Source of the DNA: the human T2T-CHM13v2.0 reference genome, Homo sapiens
Assembly (NCBI RefSeq): GCF_009914755.1
Contig: NC_060933.1
DNA: 64,000 nucleotides
Reading direction: 5' to 3' (one strand)
Below the pieces are notes generated by a model. It worked only from the letters and a program-made list of their open reading frames with translations, did not search any database and was not told where the DNA came from. This document shows positions 1 to 14,061 of this stretch, piece after piece; positions within the stretch are counted from its first letter, which is position 1, and the number at the start of each line of letters is the position of its first letter. The position numbers and the translations under genes were made by a program.

Positions 1-254
1 ATGTATGATTCCACTATTGACATTCTTAAAAAGACAAAGCTACTATAGGGACAGAAAAAAAGACAAGTGGTTGCCAAGGCTCGTGGGTGGAGGTAAAGGC
101 AACTCTAAAGAGGTACCACAAGGAAGCTGCAATTGCTCCATATCCCGATTTTAGCAGTGGCTATACAAAGCTACCCATACTTGTGTTAAAATTCATAGAA
201 CTACATATCACAAAAATCTATTTCGGTGTACTAACTTAACTAAAATTTTAAAAA
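1..254 (+). mobile_element. Old L1M (L1ME/MC-like) 3' end fragment
   Basis: tgtatgattcca...gtggttgcca...aaaattcatagaact motifs typical of L1M 3' UTR, A-rich end. Confidence 0.7.
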
Positions 255-364
255 ATCTTCCTCAGGAACTTTTTTAAGAAGAAAAAAAAATAAGCATTCA
301 TAAAAGTTATCTAAGTCAAGTATCCTGTTAAAATGTGTGTCTATTCCTGCAAGATATTGGGAAG

Positions 365-633
365 TAGTCAGTAACCTACAATCCGTGGGCCAAAGGCAGC
401 CCACCATCTGTTCCGAGAGCCAAGAATAGTTTTTACACTTTAAAATTGTTGAAAACAACATCAAATGAAGAAGATTTTGAGGCATGCATAAAATTATATG
501 TCCACAAGTTTTAATAAGACATATTGTTTACATATGATCTCTGCCTGCTTTGACACAGGAGCAGAGCTGAAGACCCAAAAAGCCTAAAATATTTACTATC
601 TGATTATTTTTTGGAAAAGGTTTGCTGACCCCC
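365..633 (+). mobile_element. MER58-like hAT-Charlie DNA transposon
   Basis: gtgggccaaa... and terminal aagcctaaaatatttactatctg...aaaaggtttgctgacccc. Confidence 0.75.
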
Positions 634-1928
634 AATCTAAGTCAATACCTGGATCATTTAGTCATGAAATATGAAATGTTGTGTTTTTCTTGACTGATCC
701 CAACTGTCCAAAGACTAGAACACCATCATGTGCCTACAGCCTGTATTTTAGAACCAAGGAAACTCCTTCGTACGGAGCAACAGCAGGGTACACACCGGGA
801 TCAGGGAACCAGTTGGCTGGGCAAGGATAGCCAGACCGGGTCTTGATGGCAACTTCCCCTGCAACTGCCCAAAAAGCCAGGGCTCCCAACATCTATCACT
901 TAACAAAGAAAAATGAATGTCTAATTCACCATTCACTTATTTTCAGGGCTCTATCTATTTACAAACACTGTTATCCTTTCAATTCCCTAGCACGTGTCCC
1001 ATATAACTTTTACAAAAGAAGGAAACATTTCTAGGATGTTGAAAACAACTCAAGATCAAAAGGAGATTTTTAACATCAAATAAAGTACTAAATGTTGGAA
1101 GTGCAGGTGTCAAAAAGAAAAAACCTCATATTTCAACAAATCTGGACTGCATTATTTCACATAGCCTGCAAATGGCCTCAAGCCACAGCTATGGCACTGA
1201 TTTTTGCAGGACAGCTTGAGCTAGTGTGTAGAATATTTTTATACACCTGGCAAAAATATTTTAGAATAAGTCTTTTCTAGTGACACTCACAGAGTCAAGA
1301 AAACTCAACACATGATCTTCCTTTAGTTTCTGGAATGCTATCAACAGAGTTCACATTAAGTAAAAACATAAACGCAAAGAACTGCTAATACCAGCATTAA
1401 AAATAGTATTGTTCTACAGATCAAATTACTCTTTAAAGCAATGCCTTCCAGGAAGAGGCAGAAATGTCCAGGTTTAGGGACTCTCCTGACCAAAGAAACC
1501 CTCGGTTATTTTAACATGGTCTTCTCTAGAGCTGAGGACAGCTTAGGATGTTCTGTCCCATCCTGTTCCTCAAAACTCTAACATGCAGCTTCCTCTGCTG
1601 TCTCTCCTCTGAAGAGTCTCACTTTCTCTGTTTCCATGTTGGTCTCCTTCCATGTGTAGAGCAGCTGTCTGCCATATATATCACTGTGTGTGTTTGTCTT
1701 CCTCTATCTAAACCACTATCTGTGTTTCTTACTATCTCATTCTATCATTCTCCCTCATCTTGCCATGGATTGGCATGATATATCACACAGCATGTGCTAG
1801 ATAAAAGTTGGCTGAATTAATTAATTAATCACCCTACAGTGGAAGAATGTGTTCATGTCCTATAATAATACAAACATACATATGCCTGTGACAAAGGGAT
1901 GGTATATTCAATTTCCATTTTAAATTCT

Positions 1929-2515
1929 TGCGACAGGTTGTATTTTCCAAAGAAGGCTACAACAATATCTTCCATCTCACATGCTCTCCATATGGTGTCC
2001 CCGACACTCCCCCAACAAGAGCTGGAGTCTGTTTCCCCACTCTCCTGAATCAGAGTGGGCCCTGTGATTGCTTTGACCCCCAGAATGCAAAGAAAGTGGC
2101 CTTGAGTGCTGGTTCTGAATGAAGCCTGTAAGTGGCCAAATTCCACTTTCTGCCCTTAACACACTCCCTCTTGAGAGAGTCCTTTTTGGAACCCAGCCAC
2201 CATGCTGTGAGAAGGCCAAGCCACCTGGAGAGGCCACGTATGGGTTCTTGGGTCGAGAGACCCCCCCAGCACCCAACAGCACCACCAACCAGCCATGTCA
2301 GTGCGCCATCTTCATGTCTGGCCCAGTTGAGCCTTCAGATGACTGCAGCCCCCACCAGCATCTTACCGCAGCCAGCATCTGACGACAGCCACGCAAGAGA
2401 CCCCAGGAAAGACCCTGTCAACCCACAGAACTGTGTGCTGTAACAACACATTATCCATTTAAGCCTCTAAATTGTGCAGTAGTGTTTTGTTACACAGCAA
2501 CAGATAACAAAAACA
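1929..2515 (+). mobile_element. MLT1 (MaLR) solo LTR, MLT1F/G/H-like
   Basis: ggaacccagccaccatgctgtgagaaggccaagcca...gaggccacg and terminal tttgttacacagcaacagataac. Confidence 0.8.
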
Positions 2516-3671
2516 GATCTGTGGAGGAATTTCATTTTCTCCACAAATAATTATAATAAAAAAATTTACATTACTTATTCACCCTCATTTGTTTTTTCTC
2601 CCTTTTCCTGGAAAACAGCATAAAAGAGACTCCTCACTCTTGGTATGATATAACCTGAGTTTATGTCAAAAGGAAAGTTTTCAGATTGTGGCCACTCATG
2701 TAAACACACTCGGAGTTACACTCTCAGGCTGGCACCGTTCGTCCTGGGGTGCATCTCGTCGTTTTAACTGTGAATGATGCACCACCACCCAAGGGAAGCC
2801 TGACAAATGTCCATGAACCCCAAGATTTCCAATACATCCAATGACTATTCCTCACTTTACTGCCAAACCTTGACGAGGAATCAGGCAGTGTTTACACCAC
2901 ACAGCCAGAATTTGTTCTATTTTTTTCCTGTACAGATTTTTATGAGGCTACTAGTAAGTTACCTCTTCTTTCACCCTAGTATTTCCCAAGTCCTACCTTG
3001 GGGCTGGTGTGTTTATAGGCCATTTTATTAAGTGTTCCTTATACTACACATTGCTTATGAAGCAGCACTGTCGACTGCTGAAACACAGGGCGTGCGTTTT
3101 ATTATATTACAGAGGCTGGGCTGGAAATACAGAAATATGCAGAGTAAGAACTCCCTTAGCAGCTCTTCAGTAGAAATGAGGAAGGCATGGCTCATGGCCG
3201 AAGTACCAACATCCTCTGGGGGATGGAGAGGGACCTGGATGCTGTGGTCCCTTACACACTGGGGAAAAGTAAAGGCACCCTGGTGTGTTTTGCATCAATC
3301 TATGGAACCAGGAACCAGGCCCATGCAGGTCCACAGGCCAAGTGTCCCCTCGACCATGGCATGACTCAAACATTTTTAACTCTGTAAAAGAACCTAAGTA
3401 CAGTTTCTCTGAAATTCTTAAACTTCTTGGAGACATGACTATTTAATGTCAACATTTTTGTCATCATCATACTTTCGATTCCAACAGATATTGGATAAGG
3501 CTTGCTCCATCAACAGTCTCTGGTCCTGTGGGTCCGGCTTGCTTTTCCGGATACACAGTGTCAACATTGGTTTTCACCCTCCCCTGTCATTCTTGAACTT
3601 AACATAAAACTGTACATCGACTCATCTACCACTGCCTGTGTGCATCGGGCCCATGTCCCACTAGACTACTA

Positions 3672-4181
<510 letters not shown>

Positions 4182-5069
4182 TTATCCAGCGCCGAGCAGC
4201 TGAATCCCAGAGTCCGAAGCCGTGTTCTACATCCAGATTCTTCCATCAAGAGATGCCTTCAGGGGAACCTTTTCCTCCCCTGAATATTCAGGCTGTAAAT
4301 TACCTTTGACAAATTAACTTTCGCTTCTCCTCAGAGATAAATTTTAAAAGGAGGGCACTAAGAGAGCAGATTAAAGGCTTTCTGTCTGGGGTCCTATTGA
4401 ATTGGTTGGGGGAGTTGGGCTTCTTTTGCTCTGATGAACACTTACAGCCTGTAATTTGGTCTCTGCCCATAGAAAATCAAGTCAGGGCATGAGAAAGTGA
4501 TCGCATCCACCTGGAAGGGGGCTGACGAAGCCTCCCTCCCAGACAGGGCCTCAAGGAATCACCCCACTTAGGGGAAGAGAAAAGACCCTTCATTTTCACT
4601 CCACTGACATGAAACCCAATCTGCTTCAGAGCAGGATTACCCCAGTAAAAGGTGCTCTGTGGCGGCCACTTGGCCACCTGCACCGGTTCAGGAGGCTCTG
4701 CACACTCGCTCCTCATTTCTGCCTCGTGAAAGTGGCACACGTGTCCCAGGACTCAACCACAGCTGCTCACAAACCTGCTTAGGCCAGCTGCACTTATTCT
4801 ACTCATTAAATTATGTAATTAAGTATTTAATTGATGAACTATAAACATTAAAAGTTTTATCTAGAAAAACTAAGTTGGCTTTGAAAAGCCTCCATACAAT
4901 GAAAAAAAATCCGTGTTCGAAAGAAGCCTAGGCGATAAAACAGAAAATGACTAGGAAAATACTGTAAACATCTGACCTCAGCCTGCTTCACAGATTTCTT
5001 CCCGTTGTCATATGACTTCTAAAGAAACCAAAACTGAAAACTCTGTACTATAAGCAAGAAAGACAACTG

Positions 5070-5383
<314 letters not shown>

Positions 5384-6025
5384 CTATCAGCTGATTCTCA
5401 CCAAAAAGCCTTGGCCTACCTCAAAAAATTGGTAAATTAACGGACACTTACATGATCTAAATGGAACAGAATGTTTAACATATGGGTGGATCATTTTATT
5501 ACATTTTCTCCAACTTTAGAAGACATTTTGAGTTATGCCAACCAATTAACGGTCCCAGGATCAGAGAGTGAGCAGACTTCTACTCTAACTTCAACATGTA
5601 ATTCCGTAAATGAAATGCCTAGAGATATCCTGCAAGTGCTTTCACATTTTTGTGAAGAAGAATTGTTTAAATGAACAAGAATTTGACTAAATCAAAAGTA
5701 ACAAACATCTGGTAATAGGGAGTATTGTAGAAATGCCAGTATTTCTCTGATTCCACTCAACAAAGTTGTGGAAATGTAGATGCTTTGAAAAGAATGTCCC
5801 AGTGCCCTAAAGGAACTAATTGTTTAATTTTCTCATTTTAAGAGCCAGCAGAAAATAGCAAAAGGTCTATTGCAGTACTTCTCAAATTATGATACCCACC
5901 AGTGAACAATGCTGGATTGACCATGCTTTCTTTATTTTCCTTCCTAAAAGTCCTACAAAATGATAAGAATGAAACAAAGTAAGAAAGCCATAGCCATACA
6001 GAGAACATGAGAAAGGTCACAAGAC

Positions 6026-6112
6026 GTGCCAAGATAAGAAAACAAATCACTCCAGGGGAAACAAAGATGATTCAAGAGCCAAAAGAAAGAAAATGAAGTT
6101 TTCAGAGACATT
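6026..6112 (+). repeat. Copy 1 of ~87 bp direct repeat (copy 2 at 7001-7086)
   Basis: gtgccaagataagaaaacaaatcactcc...cagagacatt present twice; 3 substitutions and 1 indel. Confidence 0.95.
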
Positions 6113-6504
6113 CTCTGGAGGTGAGAGAGCTCCAGAAATATACAGAAGAAAGCAAGTCAACAGACACATAGCACAGCAAGCCAGGGAAGCTAGCACACGG
6201 ACGATCTTTGCATGGGGAGTGCCACTAAAAGATAAAGCAGCTTTATAAGGGGGGTCCAAGTGGCTCCCTCAGCCACAGGAAGACTCAGAACCTGGAAACA
6301 CCAGGTTCATCAGAAAGCAAGGTGGGGTAACAAACAATGAGATTGAGTGTGAATGTATAGATGGACACATGGAAACCCAAATGGCCAACTGCTATCTCAA
6401 CTGAGCTCGGAGCAGACCTGGCACTCAGGCATTTCTACCTTTCTCCTAATCCCTGCAGGGGGCAAAAAAAAAAAAAAGTGTGTTTGTCATTAAAATTAAA
6501 ATAA

Positions 6505-6895
<391 letters not shown>

Positions 6896-7000
6896 TCACC
6901 ATCCACGCATGCAAACTCTCCAATTGTGAGCTATTGTTTGAACCAAGAATTAACCAAGAATAACCAGACATCTGCAGAAAGCTCCCAATATGAAACAGAG

Positions 7001-7086
7001 GTGCCAAGATAAGAAAACAAATCACTCCAGAGGAAACAAAGATGACTCAAGAGCCAAAAGAAAGAAAATGAAGTTCCAGAGACATT
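7001..7086 (+). repeat. Copy 2 of ~87 bp direct repeat
   Basis: Aligns by eye to 6026-6112. Confidence 0.95.
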
Positions 7087-9210
7087 AGAGAAGGTATTGC
7101 CTTCTTAAAATATCATCAGAATGCAATAAAAAATAGAAAAGAAGGTATTGAAATCAAAATAGGATTCCAACATTAAAAGGAAAATTCAACTGTAGGATTG
7201 AAAGATAAAGCTGAAATTCCACAGTGAGGAGAAGAAAGAAGTAAAGAGGAGCTTCAGAAAGAACAGAAAAAAAGTGGGAGAGAGGAATATTTTCTAAAAG
7301 GACACGAAGAGCATCACCAAGCTGAACGACTCAAGTGTCCATATGAAAAGGGCCAAGCCACAACTGAGAACGAACAAAAGACATGCACATTTAACACATC
7401 ATAATGAACTCCAGGGTACACAGAAGATCCCAAAACCCCTCCAAGCAAAAACAAGTCACCAGAAAAGGAATGAGGCTTCAAGTGGCAGTGAACCGCTCAG
7501 AAGGCAGCACAGGGTGCTGGGAAGACTGTGGGGTGACATTCCAAAGAACATGATGTGCAACTGAGAATGATACCCAAACTATCAAGCACGTGCAGGTGGA
7601 AATTACAAGGACTCAGAAAACTTACCCTTTAAATGCAGCTTCCTACATTTGTGTCTCCTCTTCCCATCCCTCTCTATTCTCTTTCCAACCTCACTCACCA
7701 CCATACACACAAGGTTTCATCCATACTTCCTGAAAGAAGGTGATCAAGAAGTTCCAGGAATGCTTCAGATCAGCCTGTCAGGGGGTACATGGCTATCCAT
7801 AAGTCATGTGCCCAATCTAAGTGGACGGGGACAGAAAGACACAGGATGACCTCCCCAGTAAGGGGTCTTGCGACCAGAAGAGGATGAAGAAGATCAGATA
7901 ACTACTATGGTGTTCAGGAAAAGAAGACAGATACCTATACAGGGGAAATGAGTGATCTAAACGTACCCAAAATACTGAATATTTAGGAGACATATTAGGT
8001 GTTGCCAGACAACAATTACAATCACTCCTAAGAGTCAATTCTCACTCAGCCTCTAATGAAGAACCATCACCAATGACTTTATCAAACCATTTTATAACTG
8101 GAGTTCATTATATAGCAGCTATTCCTGCTATGCCTATTGACAGACTAAATTACACTTATGCAAGCCACTTCATCTCCCAGGTTTAGATTTATGCTAAAAC
8201 AGGAGAAGGAAGTACCACGGTGTAATAATACCTGCCCCAACCTGGGTGGGAGAGTGTCAGGCTTATAATTAGATTACATTTGCAAACAGTTCCAGAGTTC
8301 CCCAGGGAGAAGGGTTATAAATAACTCAAGGTATTCTTTTCCCCAAAGATAATCAATTATTTTCTCATCAAAAGGAGGCTAACAAAGAAAGGGTTTAAGG
8401 ATGAGGACCCCATAATTTATGTAAGCCTCCAGCTTTAACAAGATTTCCAGAGTGTTCAGAACTTCACAGGGACCCAGTACTGGCTCTGGCTTCCTCCAGC
8501 AAATGGAATATTTATAGCAGCTGAGAAATCCTTTCATTGCTAGGAAAAAAAACACCCTAGAGTAGCCCTTAGATGGGATACATTCATTAAATTCATTTAA
8601 TCTGCACACTGATGTGGGGCAAGGGAAATGGCAGGAAGCAGGTAAGAATGAAAGAATTTTGCCTCAACAGATCAAAATTGCGCCCTCCCTTTCCTGGGCT
8701 TCAGGGTCCTGGGCTCCTTCGCACCTCCATGGCCCTTCTTCTCCACCTGGTGAAGATGATTCACCCCTCATGGTCAGCTCCTGAGGCCAGACTCTTCTTC
8801 TGCAAAGCCTTCCCAGCCTTGCCTGGCAGAAGTGGGTTTTTTCTTTAGGTCCTCATGGTGTTTCATGCAAACCCACCTGAGAGCATCTCCCAAGTTATTC
8901 ATTTCTTGGACTCTTATTATAAAATGTAGTTTCCTAAGGACAGAGTCTGGGTTTATTCATTGTCAGTAATCCCAGAAGCTCCCCCCTTGCACATCCAGTG
9001 CCTGGCTGGGCTCAAAGTGGTCCAGTTCACCTCTTTGGAAAGCCACTTGGAGGCTGAAGCCAAACCACAGCCCATCATTCTCTGAGAAGCACACTCAGCG
9101 GAAAGAGCCCTTACTCCTTACAGACCAAAATTAAAACCCAACTACACTTCCAGAATCCCCCAACAAGAAACTCATTACAGAAAAGCTGCACTTTAAGAAA
9201 CAAAGACGGG

Positions 9211-9500
<290 letters not shown>

Positions 9501-9822
9501 GACAAATCCAAACAACATTGTTCCCAAAAGCCACAGAAATTGGTCAAACATGGGAAAAGGATCTCTTAATGGGTGCATCACCAAACGGACATAGGGCTCC
9601 ATTTCCAGGAAGGGAGATGAGTAATCGGAACAGACTGGGCCACTGCACCACACCAAGGGCCTGGCCCAGGAAGACCTCCACCTTGGTAGGGCCTTGGAGG
9701 TTCAGGGAAAGTGATGATGTCCTTATAATGTTAAAGACAGAGGACAAGCAGTAAGAGAGAATGCTGATCCCTTTTTCTTCTCTACTTCCTTTTTCCAAAG
9801 TTATCTTTTATTTATTTTCTGA

Positions 9823-9870
9823 GTGGGAGTGGGTGTGGGTGTGTGGGTGTGGGGGTGTGTGTGTGTGTGT
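9823..9870. repeat. (GT)n / (GTGG)n-type simple repeat
   Basis: gtgggagtgggtgtgggtgtgtgggtgtgggggtgtgtgtgtgtgtgt. Confidence 0.9.
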
Positions 9871-10415
9871 GGACACATGAAACAAAATTCAAAAGTCACA
9901 AGAGTGAAAGACTTTCTTCTACTCTTTTCCCCAGCCACCCATGTCCCCCACTGCAGAGGCAATAACTTCAGCTTTCTTTAAATAATTCATAAACCCTTCA
10001 ACACTTTTGATATACACTCACGCACTTATGCAGGTACCTGAGCAGGAGGTCAGCTGGGCCTTGGAAGAGCCCACTCTCTTCCTTCTATATATTAAGTAAT
10101 GCAACATCAAGGTATGCCCACCAAGAAACAAATCCCAGGAAAAGCCCAGGGTCTAACCAAAGTCTGGGTGCAGCAGACTAAGTGAACACCTCATCGTGTA
10201 TCTAGACAGTCCTATTAACTTAGACAAGAACTGCAGAAAGTCTAGTTCCAACTCCTTCCATGTGTCCATCTTTGCTTAAAATCAGAGCTTTTTGCCTCTG
10301 CTTGCACTCATTTTTTCTGAGAAGATTCTCAGAAATGTTAAGGAGGTCAATACTAAGTTTTTCATCACAGTAGAAGTCAACAGATGTTACTACAATACAA
10401 AGCATAGCTCCTAAT

Positions 10416-10795
10416 TATTATCGGCTGAATTGTGACCTCCAAAATTCGTATGTTGAAGCTGTAACCTCCCACAGCTCAGAATGTGACTGCATTTGGAGAC
10501 AGAACCTTTGAAGAAGTAATTAAGCTAAAATAAAGTCATCAGGGTGGGCCCCAATGCAGTATGACTTGTGTCCTTATAAGAGAAAAAAAGGACACACACA
10601 CAGTAGGATGACCATGTGAAGACACAGGGTGAAGACACCATCTGCAAGCCAAGGAGAGAGGCCACAGGAGAAACCAGCCCTGCTGAAACCTGGACCTCAG
10701 ACTTCTGGCCTCCAGAACTAGGATGAAATAAATTTCCATTGTATAAGCCCTTAAGTCTGTGGTGCATTGTTACAGCAGTCCTAGCAAACTAATGC
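10416..10795 (+). mobile_element. MLT1B-like MaLR solo LTR
   Basis: ctgaattgtg...cagaatgtgactgcatttggagac...gacttctggcctccagaact...gttacagcagtcctagcaaactaat. Confidence 0.88.
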
Positions 10796-10799
10796 CGTA

Positions 10800-11580
10800 A
10801 TAAAATATATTTAAAGCATTTGTAGGTGCATCAGCTATAGATATTCCAAAGCAGGATTATAACCCACTGGATAAAACAGTAGTGCTGTGAGCATACTAAT
10901 ACAAGTAAATCCATGAATATAGTGAGAGCCTGATGAGGTTGACGGTTTCCAAGAACCTCCCCACCAAATACCAAATGCTGATTCATTTGAAAGGGAAGGC
11001 CTAACAGATGCCACCTCAGCCAGTCAATCTCATCAGTTAGGGGACAAAGTGACCCTGTGCACCATTCAAAAACAGCACTGAAAACGATTTCTACAACATT
11101 GTTTCTGCAATGGGCCTGCCCATATACAAAGCCTGATAAACAGAAGTTGTGGGATTTCCTACAAAATAACCTGCCTGCACTCTTCAGAAATGTCAAGGTC
11201 ATGAAGGTCAAGGGCAGGCTGGGAAATGTTCCAGACTGGAGGAGACTCCAGAAGCACAGAGCCAAATGACCCTGCAGTGAATCCTGCTGCTCAAAGGGAC
11301 ATTACTGGGACTGCTGTTGCAACTGTCCAGATTGGGGTCTGATGGTGGTCATGCATCTGTTCTAATTTTGTGATTTTCATGATGGTTGTATTAGGATTAT
11401 GTACAAGAATGTTCTTGTTTGTAGAAAATACATACTAAAGCATTTTGGGGGTAATGGGACATCTTGCCAGCCGCTTACTTTCAGATGGCTAGAGGGGGGA
11501 GAAGGAACTTCCATATACTCTACTTGCAACTTTCCAGTAAGTTCTGAACTTCACAAATATAACTTGGAAAAACTGAAAAA
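10800..11580 (+). mobile_element. L1MC4/5-like 3' fragment
   Basis: ctacaaaataacctgcctgcactcttcagaaatgtcaaggtcatgaa... motif. Confidence 0.7.
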
Positions 11581-11759
11581 ATCCTACATATTGAAAACGA
11601 GTGGAGTGTTTGATCTGTTACAGGAAATGGCACTTGACTAGATAATATGCAACCATTAAAATTGATTATTATAAAAAGACCAAGTAGGTAACAAGAAAAA
11701 CATGTTTATGAAATAAAACCATGTCAGTATGATCACAAATGTGTTAAAATGCTAGTACA

Positions 11760-11968
11760 ATGAGTCCTATGTCCTCACTTGACATCATTGATAAGGTTCT
11801 TAGAAACTCCAACTTTAAATGAAATGACATACTGTATGCTGCAAGAACTTAACTCTTGTTTATATCTGTTAGTGTATGGTAAAATCAGTTTTGTTATACA
11901 GTATGTCATTTCACTCGAAGTCGCAGTTTCCAAGAGTCTATCAATGCTGTTAAGTGAAGACTTACTGT
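11760..11968. mobile_element. MER6-like (TcMar-Tigger) palindromic MITE
   Basis: Left arm gtcctcacttgacatcattgata...aaatgacatactgtat is the approximate reverse complement of atacagtatgtcattt...ttaagtgaagacttactg. Confidence 0.7.
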
Positions 11969-12543
11969 TAGTACTCCTTTTTTGATGGTGAGTTATCTCC
12001 AGCAGCATAGTTACAAATAATTTTTGTTTCCTTATTTATACTATTTTTCTTCTAAATACTGACATACATGTATTAATTTTATCATGAGGTGAAAAAATTA
12101 GGGAGGACGAGCACTCCTGAGCTATCAGGCCTCATTAGCGAAGGTGATTAGCAAAGACAAAACAAGACCAGGGGAATTATCACACGGAGAGAGGGTTTGT
12201 AGAGAAAAGCCCGACAGGGGCAAAGAACCTCCTGAGATGAAGAAGGATGAGGGGAGAAATTCGAGGAAAAGCACTGAGGCATCTGAATTTTGAGGGCTTG
12301 AAAGAAAGTTCTACTAAAGGAGTAGGAGGGCAGGCGAGGCCCTCAGGCTGGGCAGCAGTATGTGTCGGGCATCTATCTAGCTGGGCAAATGGAGTGTAGG
12401 GTTCCACACAGGAGCCACCTCTCCTTGTCATGTACAGGGAGAAGCCTGAGGAGCCTACAATTAGGACAGTTTGGTTCCTGTCCTTTCGACCTTGAATGAG
12501 AACCCAGAGCTCACAGCTCAGTCTATAGAACTAGCCTATGACC

Positions 12544-12839
12544 AGCCAGGCACGGTGGATCATGCCTGTAATTCTAACACTTTGGGAGGCTGAGGCGGGT
12601 GGATCTTGAGGTCAGGAGTTTGAGACAAGCCTGGCCAACATAGTGAAACCCTATCTCTACTAAAAATACAAAAAATTACCCAGGCATGGTGGCGGGTGCC
12701 TGTAATCCCAGCTACTAGGGAGGCTGAGGCAGGAGAATCACTTGAACCCAGGAGGCGGAGGTTGCAGTGAACCTAGATCATGCCATTGCACTCCAGCCCA
12801 GGCGACAATGTGAGACTCTGTCTCAAAAAAAAAAAAAAA
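12544..12839 (+). mobile_element. Alu (AluS-type)
   Basis: Full dimer; TSD aactagcc(t/c)atgacc. Confidence 0.97.
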
Positions 12840-13004
12840 CTAGCCCATGACCAAGACAATCCACTCCCCATGAGAGCTGGAAGGTGGTCTCCAATTGACC
12901 ATGAAGAGGCAGTGAAAATGCTGAACGAAAAAATATATACAACATGCCTCCACTTATCAAAAGGTCAAAAACAGGCAAAACTAAGCAATCTGCTGTTTAT
13001 GGAT

Positions 13005-13380
13005 TGTTATGAACTGAATTGTGTCTCTCCAAAATTGTACCTTAAAATCCTAACCCCAGGACCTCAAAATATGACTGTGTTTGGGGATAAGGTTTTTAAA
13101 AGAGTAATTTAGTTAAAATGAAGTCATTAGGGTGGACCCTAATCCACGAAGACAGATGTCATAAGAAGAGCAGATGAGGACTCAGACACAGAGAGGTGCC
13201 CACGTGAAAACAGAGGGAGAAAGGCGCCATCTGCCAGCCAAGGAGAAAGGCAGGAGAAGTCACCCCTGCTGACACCTGATCTGGGACTTCCAGCCTTCAG
13301 AACTGGGAGAAAGTAAATGCCTGTTGTTTCAGCAGCCCAGCCTGTGGGACTTCGTTATGGCAGTCCCAGAAAACTAATAG
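13005..13380 (+). mobile_element. MLT1A/B-like MaLR solo LTR
   Basis: tgttatgaactgaattgtgtc...gacttccagccttcagaactg...gttatggcagtcccagaaaactaat. Confidence 0.85.
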
Positions 13381-13392
13381 AGATATATACTA

Positions 13393-13610
13393 CAGGTTGA
13401 ATATTTCTAATCTGAAACAAGAACTCAAAGTGTTTCAGACTTTGGAACATTTCAGAGTGCCAACATGATACTCCAAGGAAATGCTCACTGGAGTACTTCA
13501 GATTTCGGATTTTTGGATTAGAGATGCATAACCTGTATGTATGGTACAAAACCCAAATCTGAAACACTTCTGTTTCCAAGCATTTCAGACTAAAGGATAG
13601 TTGGCCTGTC
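13393..13610. mobile_element. Tigger4/MER46-like DNA transposon
   Basis: ta-caggttgaatatttctaatctgaaa start; catttcagactaaaggatagttggcctg end. Confidence 0.75.
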
Positions 13611-13849
13611 CTATATGGCAAAACTACAAAGTACAGGAATTATTAACACAAAACAGAGGACCATCACTACCTTGGAAGACGAGATCCAGAAAGCTTCACA
13701 GGAACTGGGGATGAAGTTCAATCTCTTCAACAGGGTGGGAGTCACTCAACTTGTTCATTTCATCACTCTTCATGTTTCCCACTCACATTTTCTTCACTGT
13801 TTTGTACGGATGATATAAAATTATTAAGGTGATAGATGGAGCTCTGTAA

Positions 13850-14061
13850 CAGCACTGTCCAATATAGTAGCCACTAGCCACATGGGGCTCTTTACATTTA
13901 AATTAATTAAAATCAAGTAGTAAGATCAGAAATGCAGTTCTTCATTCACACTAATCATATTTCCAGTGCTCAATAGGGACATGTGGCTGCAGGCTACTGA
14001 TTTGGACATGACAAATATAGAACATTTCTATCATTGTAGAAAATTCTATTGGACAGTGCTG
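13850..14061. mobile_element. MER3-like hAT-Charlie element
   Basis: Termini cagcactgtccaata / tattggacagtgctg are inverted repeats; tagccactagccacatg. Confidence 0.85.

Noticed and set aside
748-900. Possible minus-strand exon after tttttctttgttaag
   Set aside because: Weak AAG acceptor and no convincing donor.
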